From Cyanophora paradoxa CCMP329 (taxonomy: Eukaryota > Plantae > Glaucophyta): a stretch of 64,000 nt of DNA. Under the pieces are notes generated by a model. The model searched no databases and was not told where the DNA came from. It saw nothing but the letters and a program-made list of their open reading frames with translations. A program made the position numbers and the translations under genes. This document shows, one piece after another, positions 51,061 to 62,400 of the stretch (position 1 is its first letter; every line of letters starts with the position of its first letter). The stretch spans positions 62,001 to 126,000 of the forward strand of contig QPMI01000395.1 in the NCBI GenBank assembly GCA_004431415.1. The letters run 5' to 3'.

Positions 51061-51963
51061 TAGTACGGGACAGCACCCGGTGTCTGGGCCGGTGACCGTT
51101 TTCTTTCCAAGTCTCATATGCATTGTTGTCTCAACCGGCTATACAGTCGACCCGACGCAGCAGCTCTAAATCTTCAAGATCTTGAGACTCAGTTACTCCG
51201 ATCCGTCATCTGCAAATTGTCTGAAGGCTACTACTAAATTAGTACTAATACTTCATATGATCAGACGCAAGCTGAAACTTCAAAAACAAAGTTACCTCGA
51301 GGGGGGTCCGAGACCGTCCGACGGTCCAATTTCTACTGCATGGCTGTTCGGAGCCTGGTCCCCGATCTTTCAGTGCGCGTATGATACCGCATATGCGAAC
51401 TGAAGCTGTCGGTGCCTGACACTGCCTGTCACGTAGCTTTAGACCGATTCGACGTCGACGTCGACCGCCATGGCCCTCATGGGTACCACGAAAAGACTTT
51501 CGGTGACAGGAAAAAGACCGACTTGCGAACTGGCCGGCATAGGCAGCGTGAATCTGCGATATCATGACAGACAATCCGACGGGTAGCAAGCCAAAGGGGC
51601 CGGGGGGGTAACAGCTGACCCTCCCTTGCAATAAATCACAATTGCAAGAATTGCGATCTATTATGAGAAAGTTTTAACAATTGTGTTAACATCGGCCTCG
51701 GAGTTTTAACATTTTTTTTTTTGAGAGACTACGGTGGGGCGAACCCCCCGTAGGTAGTGATATTAAAGACAACAAAGCAATCACAAATCAAAGATACAGT
51801 AAACTAGCACAAAATATATACAGAATCAAGAGGGATCACGAGAATAACATCAAAGAAGGATTCTTTATAATTAAAAGATCGCGAAGAATTCGAATGCAAG
51901 AAGATTCCACGGCCAGCCTGCTCTCGACTCTGGACTCTGGAGTCTCGAGCTCCGCGCCGCTCC

Positions 51964-54947
51964 TCAGAGCGATCGCGAGCGCCGGAGGAGCACGGAGGCG
52001 TTGCGGAGGGGCGTCGGGCCGCCGGGCTCCAGCGCAGCGAAGTTCGGCAGCGCCTCCCGCGCCCGCCCCTCTGCACGCGCCTGTGTGCCGGCGCCGGCGC
52101 CGGCACCCCCAAGTCAAGACGAGGTTAGTTAGACGTCGACCCGGCCCCAGAGCGCTGAATCGTAGCGGCGGCGCCGGTCGCGGGCAGGCTCAGGGCGAGT
52201 TGTATCAAGAGATCTAGATTTTATATAGTTTACTTTTAATGCTTACGAATGCTAACGACCAGCATCGCTACCGTAGTACTCGGCTAGTGAGCCGTTGAGG
52301 CCTAGTTGTAGCCTTGTTATAGTTGCGGTACCGGTGATTAATTCGCGAATTTCAGCGCCAGGGCGGGAACCCTAGCGCTAGCGCCAGCTGCAGCATGCGC
52401 ACCCGGACGGCTGCGAGGGCGGCCGCCCTGCCCTCGGGCCCCCGCCCCTCGTCCAGCGCCGCCTGCGCTCGCGATCGAAGCGATCGCGACGATCGCGGCG
52501 ATCGCGAATTTCGCGTGCAGATTCGAGGGCGGACCTCGAGGTAGGCTCCGAGGTGCGCGAACTGCATGGCGACGATCCGCGCCGCGGCCGCCGCGAGGTC
52601 GCTCGGGCTCGGGCCGGGGCCGGTCACCCCCAGCAGAGCCTGTGCATGCGGGACCGTTTGCAATCACGATGACGGGATCAGATCTTTCTTCGGATCCAGA
52701 TGCACGTTAGTTTTCAGGGGTACATGTGCACCTGGAAGGAGCCGATGTTGTTCGTCTGCCGGGTCTCGACGCGCTCCAACGCGAGCCCCGCGGGCGCCGT
52801 CCCGTCCTGCTCGTCCGCGCGCGGCACAAATATTAATTACAACTAATAAACTGGAGGAGGCACAAATTACAACTAAATACAACTAAATAAACTGAGTTTC
52901 GCGGAGGAGGCGCAGAGGGAAAAGGGAAAGGCTCACCTCGAAGGGGCCGGTGAAGTCCTCCAGGGTCCGGTAGTGAAAGAGGGGGACGACCCGCGCCGCC
53001 TCCCCCGGCGCCCACTCTGCCGGGTTCGAATTGAATCCGTTCGGGGGAGCTCGAGGTGGGCGCCAACAACGATCGAACAGCAGATCTAAAGAGGGGGTCA
53101 CGCACCCCCCGCGGCGACGGCGTCGCGGATCCCGCGTGCAAGGCAGCCCTGCAAAAGTAGCAAAAGTAGAGGCGCGGGTTCTTCAGAGCCGGCGCCGGCG
53201 CGCTTGAGTCTGCGCAGAGCACCGGATGTATGGAATTGAAGATGCGCCACGCGTCGCGCTGCGCCTCGTCGCTGCGCGCGCGTGCCCCGGCGCCCGTCGC
53301 GAAAAACCAAGCGCGAAAAAACGAAAATGCGCGAAACCGAAAGCGGAGCGCCAAAATGCGCAAATCCGAAATACGCGAAGGGCGCACGCGGGGCGGGGGC
53401 GGACGCCAGCCACGAGAAGGAGGGCGCCGCCCGGGCGCAGCTCCTCGGCCCGGCGGGCAAGGAACGCGCGCCAGTCCTCCGCCGCCTGCGGCAGGGCGTC
53501 CCTCCACGCGTACGGTGATCCGATGCAGAGCTCCAATGTATAAATATAATTGCAATATAATTACGCCTGCGCGCCCTGACTCGACGGGATCGAACCTGAG
53601 CCTCGACGGCTGCCCGCTCGCTAGGGCTCAGCTCTTCAAAAACGAACGAGGAAGCCGACTGGTCCGACGGTCGGGATCGTGAGCATACTCGAATAATGTG
53701 CGGGCCGGGCGTAAACGCACAGAGAGAGGCGCCCGGGAGAGCCAGTGGATGGAGGTCGAGCAGAGGGCGAGGTCGACGGTCCCGGGGGGCGCGCAGGCCC
53801 CGTGAAGGGAGCGGGGTACGACGGCGGCGTGGACGCCGGGCAGCCGCTGGGGGTACGCGCCCGGAGCGCCCAGGCCGGCGAGGAGGGTGCCGAAGTCGTG
53901 TTCGGGGCTGTCCGCGTGCACTGCGGAGCGCGATAATATTTAGTACGCAGGTTTCGCGGCTCTGCGGGACTTTAATTAGTCTGCAATCTCAATTTGCAAC
54001 GCGGACGGCAGAGGATGTTGTTGGAGCAGCGCGAGCGCAGGATCTCGGCGACGGTGCCGATAGCCTCGAGCGAGTTGAGTCCCTGCCGGCCCCGGGGCGC
54101 CGGGCAGCGCAGTCGGCAGCGTTCGAGTATTCAGCGCGCGCCCACGACTATTTCTCCAGCGACGCAACGGACCGTTATCCGGGCGTAGTCCACGACCGTC
54201 AAGAGGGCGCCGGGGTCGGCGGGCAACGCCATCGCCCGCGCCGCCTCCAGCAGCGGCCCCAGGCCCTAATTTTATTTTAAGAGGCCATGAGAGAGAGGCA
54301 GCGCTCGCGTATTATATATATTAAGGAAAAGGAGCGCTGCAGGTACCTGATCCACGAAGGCGCGCTCGAGGGCGCGCTCGCGCTCGCGATCGCCATCGGA
54401 GTCCGCCCGCGGCGCAGCCTGCAGCTCTGTTACGCCTGCAGCGCAGAATTTAAAAAGCAGTTACGATGTCGGATCCGGAGCCGCTGACGGGCGCGCTGGC
54501 GGGGCTGTCGGTCGCGACGTCGGGACCGTCGAGCTCCGCCCGCACCACAAAGCGGGTTCCTGCGCAAGCGCACGTGCGTCAACAAATATTCGCGCGATAG
54601 AATGTTTCGCGCTTGTACTGCGTGTAGTTGTGCGGGAATTTGCGGCCGGGATCACCTTCGCCAGCCACTGCCGGCCGGCCGCGGTTTAGAAGGCGCGCGG
54701 GCGCTTCCGAGCCCGCGAAAAAGCTCCGGCCGATCGCCCCCGATTCAGCCAGAAGCTTAATGCTCCGCCCGGCGCCGCGCGCGCCGCCGGAACGACCGGA
54801 TCCGGATCCAGAACGAGAGCCAGCGCGGTCGCGATGGGCGCCGGCGCCGGCGGGGCGGCCGAGCGGCCCGATCGCGAGAACGTGAACAGGGAGGGCTGCG
54901 CATGCAACGCGCGCGGGAGGGAGCGCAGCCGCAACGAAGGCCGACAT
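51964..54947 (-). CDS. SABATH-family (Methyltransf_7) SAM-dependent methyltransferase-like protein with plastid transit peptide, ~12 exons
   Basis: MSAFV transit peptide ending TRFVVRAE, then family motifs in order: VVDYARIT/GLNSL, HADSPEHDFGTLL, VPRSLHG...CSTSIHWLS, QAAEDWRAFLARRAEELRPGG, PLFHYRTLEDF. Probable end NASVLLRRSRSL*; 3' exons less certain. Confidence 0.85.
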
Positions 54948-55500
54948 CGCGATCGGATCACCCGGAACAGAACTCTTCAAAGTTTGCGGGCGCGAGGGGA
55001 AACAGAACAAGGATCGGAGCAAGCTTAAGGGGGAACAGAACAGGGGGACAGAACAGGGAGCAAGGGGGAAGGGGGGAACTTTGCGAGTGACTCTAAGCCT
55101 AGGAGTGTCGCCGTCTTGCCCGCTTCTCCCTAGCTTCCGAAGTTCCAACCGGCGGCACCGCTCTTGCGCCTTAAGCTTGCGCTCCGCATGCGCATGCGCA
55201 GTCCTCCCGTCGACCCCTTCGTCTTTTGGCCCTTGGCAAGTTGCGCCTCCAGCCCTAGCCCCCTCGACCCTCTCACCCCCCGGGCCCAGCCACGGAGATA
55301 TCGATAGCATTTCCGAAAAGACTCTGACATACGACACGAGAATGAACTTTATCCAGCGATTGCAAGTTCTCGTGATCATGATCAATGTTTATCTAGATCT
55401 AATCCTTCTTAGCAGCAGCCATGGAGGCGAAGCGGGCGCGGATCATATTGAGCTCCTTGCGCGTGGCCGGCGCGCTGCGGGCGGGCATTAATGTTAGCAC

Positions 55501-58500
55501 TCATCGCCTCTCTGGATTAAATTGTGTTATTATATAATTATAAATTCGAAGAGAGCGCGTGGACCGGTTCTTGTCGAGCCCCTCGGGGAAGTAGAAGAAG
55601 CGCTTCTCGAGGGCGCGGAGGGGCGGCAGCGCCGCGGCGCACGCGAGCGCGAGGAGGACCGCGCCCGCGGCGAAGGCCGGGGCGGCGGCGGCGGCGGCGG
55701 CGGCCTCGGGGACGGGCCCGACGCGGCCGTAGAGGGCGGGGGAGGCGAGGAGGGCGGGCGAGCAGCTGCTGCAGAGCCGCACGTGCTGCTCGTACCGGTC
55801 CAGCAACTCCCGCCTGGGCCCCGGGGCCGCGGGGCCCCGGGCCCCGCCTCGGCGCCCGCGCCGCCGGCCGGCCCGCGCCGCTGGTTCGGCATTGTCGCCC
55901 ACGCCTGCCCACCGCGTCAGCCGCGGCTCGCTGAGGCGGAGCCCGCGGCGCGGCGCATGCGCGTGCCGACTCCATCCAGAGGCGGAAGGCGGCGACGAAG
56001 GCGTCGCAGCCGGCCGGCACGTACCACTCGCGGCGCCAGTCGTACCCCCCGGGGCGTAGCCGCGCCTCCTGCTCCATCAGGAGCACGAGGTCCTGATCCA
56101 GCACCAGGTTCCTACCCGCCGCTATTATAATTAACGCCACAGCTTCCAATGAATTTATAAGGCGCAGGCGCGCGGAGGGGCAGAGTCGCTATAGACGCGC
56201 CAGCGCCTTGCGCGCTTCAAGCAAATTAACGCCGCGGGGTCCTGGTCCTGGTCCAGAACCAGGTTCCTATCCGCCGCTATTAATTATAACGCCGCAGCTT
56301 CGAATTCGAATAAATTTCTTTTTATAAGGCGCAGGAGCGCGGAGGGGCAGAGTATTTATAAGCTCGCAGTTACTGTCGATGTTAGGCGCCCGTCATGAAC
56401 ATGAAAGCTTAAAACAACGTGAAGATAAATTCTGGAGGCGGGTAGGCGCGCCTCTCCATGTGGTCGATGAAGCGGGGCGCCCGCAGCAGCTCCTTTGCGC
56501 TGCGCGTGAAGCTGCCCGCGGCGCAGAAGTCGCTCATGATCAGGGGTAGCCCGTCAAGTCATAAAATTCGCTCGGGGGGAAAGGGGGGGGGGGAGGCGGG
56601 GAAGGGGGGACCGGAGGGGTCCTGGCGTACCGGGCAAAGATGCGGGAGCGCCCGTGGCCGAGGGGTACAGTGTAGAACACCACACCGCTCTCTCCGATCG
56701 CGAAGGGGAGCCTGCCGATGGGTCTGTATAAATGGAGGGGCCGCTCTTGGCGGGCCGGGGCGGGGCGGGGCGGGGCGGGGCGGAGACGGGTCGGGGTACC
56801 TGAAGATGTAGCCACTCGTCACGGGAGGCCGGAAGAACAGGAAGGTTCCCGCGTCGGTCCTGGGGCGGGACGCTGATTAATTAAAGGTTGACGTCAAGCA
56901 CGTGAAAAGAAGGCTTAGATCGGCACCCATCGGGAAGCTGCAGCTGGGGGCCGAGTTCGAAGGCGGCCATGAAGAGGCCCGCGCGGCCGGGCTCTGGGCG
57001 CTCAAGGAAGCGCAGGGGAAGGGGCCCCGAGGCGTAGCGGTTCCCCTGGGCGGGCCGTGGTGCGCGAAGGGGACGTGCGTCGGGTCCAGGAAATTCTCCA
57101 CCAGCACGTTGTAGTCGTACGGCCTGAGATCGCGATCATTAGCTCCGAATTCCAGGATCTCTAAGAAATGATATTTTAAAAAGCTCCAGGAAGCTTCGAG
57201 AGGGTACGGAGCCTGAAGCAATCGTGAGGATCGGGCTTACAATTAGCTTCGCATTCAAGAAAGCCCTAGGAGATATAAGAAAGCCCTAGGTTATCAAAGA
57301 AATCTTTGGGATGTATAAGAAAGCTCTAGGATATGTAAGAATTCGAAAGCTCTCGGATATTTAAGAAAGCTCTGGGATACAAAAGAAAGCCCTAGGATAT
57401 ATATGCAAGAGACGGACAGGTCGCGGACGAAGTCAACGCTGGTGACGCCGGGCCGCTCGAGCAGCTCCGACGTCGGGATCGAAGACTCGTCCCCCGCCGC
57501 GCCCGCCTCGCCCCACACGAAGACGACCCCCTGCCGCACCACCACCGCGTGCGCCGCCGCGCACGTTCGCTGCCCGTTCACGGCCACGCCGGCCGGCAGC
57601 TGCGGGACCCGCGTGCACTCGCCGGCGCCTGCGCCCCGGCCCCGCCGCCCCATCAGCGCTCAAGAAAGGGCCTGGACTGGACCGATGAGCCTTGATAAAC
57701 ATACATACCATTGAACTGCCAGCCCTGCGCAGCAAGGCGGCCCGAGGGTGAGGGCGGGGACGGGAAAGCTCCAGGGGGGTTCACGTGGCGAGGGGCGGGG
57801 CCGCACGTGGTAGCCGCACTCGAGGGCGCCGGCGCCGGGCTCGTCCTCGGGGACGACGCGGCCCTCGGAGAGGGGCACGGCGCGGTGCGGGCAGCGGTCC
57901 GCCACGCAGCGGACCGCCCCGTCCGCCGCCGACCAGAGGACGAGGGGCTCGTCGAAGAGCGAGAAGCGCACGGGCACGCCCGCCGGAAAGTCCTCCACGA
58001 AGGCCACCGGGTACCTGCGAGCTCGCAATCGATATCGACTCGAGATCTAGATCTAGAGTCGAGGCGCGGCTCGCAAGCAATCGACGGGCGGAGCCTATAT
58101 TCAATTTGGCATAAGTACGCAAACTTATTTAGATGTAATTAATTAGTTGAGTTGATTGGCGAGTTGATTGGTCCTGATCAGTGGGGCTTTAAGGTTTGCA
58201 ACTGCGGCACCAGTTCTTGTGCCAGTCGTAGGACGGGGTCGGCGCCGTGGCGGCATCATCTTGCAGATGAACGTCGCTCTTGGGGGACTCGGCCGCGGCT
58301 GGCGCCGGAGGCGCTTCTCCGCCGGACTCCGCCCGCAAGACTACCGCTCCCGGAGCTGCCGCTCCGCGCGCACAGCGCAGTTTTATTCAGTGTTATCTCA
58401 TATGTTCTGCAGGTTGTACTGCAACTGCGCGCATGGGTGCGCACCGGATTCCGCGAAGCTGCGGCCGGTCGATCGCGACCGGATTGCGACCCCCGCGAAA

Positions 58501-58686
58501 AACGCGCGGCTCGCACGGCTCGCAGGCGATGTTGACGCCGGCCGGAGAGGCGGCCGAGCGGCGACGCCAACGGCCGTGGCATGGCAGAGAGCACCGGCGC
58601 CGGCGCTGAATGCCGACCGCGAGCCGGATCCGGAGAGCGGCGCGTGCACGGGGGTGCAGAACAGGGTCAGCTGCGAATTCGAACAT
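55501..58686 (-). CDS. Plastid-targeted PaO/Tic55-family Rieske oxygenase (gene B)
   Basis: YDWHKNWYPVAFVEDF; CPHR...CGYH/GWQFNG; ENFLDPTHVPFAHH; NLVLDQD; HVRLCSSC; hydrophobic tail. Start codon uncertain (~58650-58840). Confidence 0.9.
57259..57400. repeat. Intronic ~20-bp degenerate minisatellite in gene B
   Basis: About 7 copies of GAAAGCYCTAGGATATNTAA. Confidence 0.75.
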
Positions 58687-59170
58687 TAAATGCTGCGGTT
58701 AGCCGCTGCGGTTCGGGCCCGCTCGAGCTCTCGCGATCGAACGTTAGCATACACAGCGCGAAATTATATATTATGGATGGTCGCCGCGCGCCGCGCGCGC
58801 GCGGCTCAGCGGCTCGAATTTGTTAAAGGCTTGCGCATTCTCCGCGCACCGCGCTCGGCCGGATCCGGGGGCGAGCAGCTGTTCCGAAGTTCTCCTGCGA
58901 AGAGTGCGAGCTTCAGCTCCCCTATATCTCCCTCTCTCGCTCTCCCCCGCCCCCTCCCCTGGGGACCCCTTGTTCGAGCTCGCCCACTCCCCCCCTCCCT
59001 GCCCCTTCCCCTCTCCCCCAGCTCCATCCTCCCCCTTATCTCCCCTGCCCAGTAGCAGGGGGATCCAGCCCCGGCGATCCGAGCTTCGGCGGTCCCAAAC
59101 CCCCGGCCCGCGCCCCCTTCGCGCATGCGCAGATTAGCCACTGCGCCAGGGTGACCCTTACCTTATAAAT

Positions 59171-59258
59171 TCCCTCCCTCCCTCCCTCCCCCTCCCTCCC
59201 TCCCCTCCCCCCCCCGCCCTCCCCGCCCCCCCCCCCCCCCCCCCCCAACTCCCCCCAC
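59171..59258. repeat. C-rich polypyrimidine tract (G-rich on minus strand) upstream of gene B
   Basis: Long C runs next to a TATA-like ATTTATAAGG on the minus strand at 59161-59170; second tract at 58920-59050. Confidence 0.7.
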
Positions 59259-59463
59259 GACCCTCGACCCCGGCCCGCGCCCCCAGCCCCAGCTCATTTA
59301 TACCAGCCAGGGCGACCTCACCTTGCAAGCCATGGCCATATCATTCAAGTTTTGAGTAAACGTCAACAGGCGATCGCGAGCAGGCCTAGACTCGTGCGCT
59401 CGCTCATGATCATGATCAGGCGAGAGCGTTCAATTATGCGCTCGCTCATGATCATGATCATGA

Positions 59464-62400
59464 TCAGGGCATCTTGTTGAGGCGGGCCGCGAAGGGGAAG
59501 TACCCGAACCACGACTCGGCGGCGCGCGCCGCCGCCGCGCCGCCGGCCGCGGCGGCCGCCCCCGCGGCGAGGCCGGCCGCCGCCGGCTGGGCCGCCGCAA
59601 GGGAGCCGGCGGCGAGGGCGGCGAGGACGAGGGCGGCGGCGGCGAGGGCGCGGCCGGCGGCGCGGGTGCGGCGGAGGGCGGCGGAGCAGCTCGGGCAGCC
59701 GCGCACGTGCTGCTCGAAGTGGTCCGACAGCGCCGCCTCCGCCGGGGCCGGCGCCCTGCGGAGTCGAGAGGAGGTCGGCTGATTAGAAAGCGCAAGGATC
59801 GCGTTCGGCGGGGCCTTAGCTTAGCTCAGCTCAGAGCAGCGCGGGGGCTGGTCGTCGGCGATAAGGAACGCACTCAGCGGCGGCGTCGGCGGCGCCGGCG
59901 GCGGCGTTGGGAAGGGAGTCCGCGACGGAGTCGTACCAGCGGCGGAACTCCGCCACGAACCTGCGCGAAAACGCGTCGCGCTCAAATTTCGCAGATTTTC
60001 GCGGAAATGCCGGGCGGAGAGAGAGAGCGTGCGCGTGTACAAGCCTGGCAGGGCCGCACCGGTCGCTGCTGGTGGCGAGGTTGTACGAGCGGCGCCAGTC
60101 GCCGCCCTCGGCCCGCAGCCGCCTCTCCTGGGACGCCCTGCAGTTGCAAGGTCGAAATATTGATTTAAACCGATCGCAATTAATGAGTTGCGCGCGCGCA
60201 GATCCAGATCTATGTGATTAATATTATAGTTAGCTGAGCATGAACCTTTTATAGATCTCTTCAAGGCTTAATAAAACAAGAGATCCAGAGGGCGATTTCA
60301 CAAGATATCAAAGAATCGATATCGTTGCGCAATAATATAATATCTTATCAATGAAATATAAGATCTAGAGCTAGAGCGCGATTTTGCACAAAGGAGCGGA
60401 CAGGGTGCCTGTGTCCTGGTCGAGGATGACGTTAAGGAGGAAGTGGAGGAGCGGGGCAGGCAGCGCCCGCTCCGGCAGCGCCCTCGCCTCGTCCGCCACG
60501 AACCTGCGCGCGCTCTCAGCTTCGCTCTCGTCTGATTAGCTTCGCTTAATTGTTTTAGACCAACCGTACAGATCTAGACAAGCTCTTCTAGAAAATCTCT
60601 GGACGGCGCCGGCGGTGCGTCGATTTTATCATCGTAGGGCGTCGCGATATCGATCGGTTGATGGGCGCTTTACCGGGTGATGAGGCGGGAGCGGGAGGCG
60701 CCGAGGGGAACGACGTAGAACACCTCCGCGCAGCGCGCCCCCGCCTTCGGCCGCACCGCCTCCACCTGTCCCCCGGGGGCCGGGGTGAGAGAGGAATTGG
60801 TTGACGAGGGCGCTCGAAATGTAGGGAGAAGTGAAGGCTTTGGGCGGGGCCTCGCCTTGCAGGGCGCCTGCGTGCGAGAAACCAACGTCAGCGTTCGGAG
60901 AGAAATGGTTCAGTGCGGAGTCCATTTCAGATAGAAATATATACATATAATATAATAATAAGTCATTGCAGGGGCCGGGGACGCTCGCGATCGAATTGAA
61001 GTCGGAGGGCTCTAGCTCTACTAGGCTATAGCTAGCCCTCTAGATCTGGCCTCGAGAACCTTGAGAAGCCCTAGTAGGCGCGCGCCTCCAGGTTTATAAT
61101 TATAGTTATAAGTTTCGGAAGTCCGCGGTACAGCTCAGGCTTGAGCTCGCACCTGGAAGGTCACGAGCCGCCTCTCATGCGGGGGCTTGCCCGGCCTGCC
61201 ATCGCAAATTAAACTTGAAATCCGAAACTCAAACCGATTAATATTTAACATCGACATCGGCCGCGCGCGGGTCGGTAGACGCGGGCCCCGCCTGCGCCTG
61301 CGCCTGCGGCTATCGTTTCGGAGACAGGCGACGAGGCGAGGCTCACTTGAGGACGTTGAGGCGGTGGGTGCCTGTGAAGCCGCGCGGCCCCGAGCGCTCG
61401 ACGACCGTCTCGAAGGGCGCACCGTCCCCGCGCCGCCCGAACGTCCCTGCGCGTGTGCCCAGATCAATTTGTTCTTCTAGATCTGTGCATGCGCATGTCC
61501 GTGCATCGGAAGGTAGAAACGTATTGCGGCGCGACTTTTTCTTCTAAACACTCCAACCGACAATAATAACAGCCCTTCATAACAATTTTTGCAGCTTCGA
61601 GCTTCGAGGTGACAAGCTCGAATTCTTAAACTTAGGCGCGAAGAAAATTCGCGGCCAAAGTGGAAGACGACGCTACGAACCCGAGTGAGCGAAGGCGGCG
61701 TGGGCGGGATCTGATCACGAGGAGCAGCGCTCAATGCAAAGAAGCTGAGCCCGAGGGCTACTTATCTAGATATGGGGACAGACACCGCACCGAGGAGGTT
61801 CTCGAGGATGAAGGCGTGACTCACGGGGAGGTCCCGGACCATCCCGAAGGACTGCCCCGAATTAAACCCGATCATCGGCCGCGGGCGGGCCGCGGGCGGG
61901 CGCATGCGCGGCGCCAGAGCGCGCTTAGCTTAGGAAGCACGAGGTCGACTGTGCGTTCAAGAGCAAGCTCAAGCTTATAATTAAGCGGCTCAGGAGGGAG
62001 CTCGAGATTGCAATTAATATTCGGACGCAGAAATGAATATGGACGCAATTGAAGAATAATTTCTGCGAAGCGCGAGCGCGAGCGCAAGGGCGCGCGCACC
62101 ACCGCCCCGGGAGAGTCCAGCAGTTCTGCTCGAGGGCGCTGAGCGGTGAGCGAATGCACATCAAAGGCAGATCAAAGGAAGTCGAAATAAATCAAAGGCG
62201 ACTTCGAAATTAATCAATAAAAGTAGATTTGATCATGCGCGCTGAGCGAGGGGTTCTATTCTGGATACCCAAGGGATTGATATCGTGAGAGAAATCGTGC
62301 CCGGCGGCCAATTGCAGGGGCCAATTGCAAGCTGAAGGCGAAACTTGAAAGTGATTTTGTGCTTTGAAACTTAATCGTGACAAGCTAGCCTGTAGGTAGT

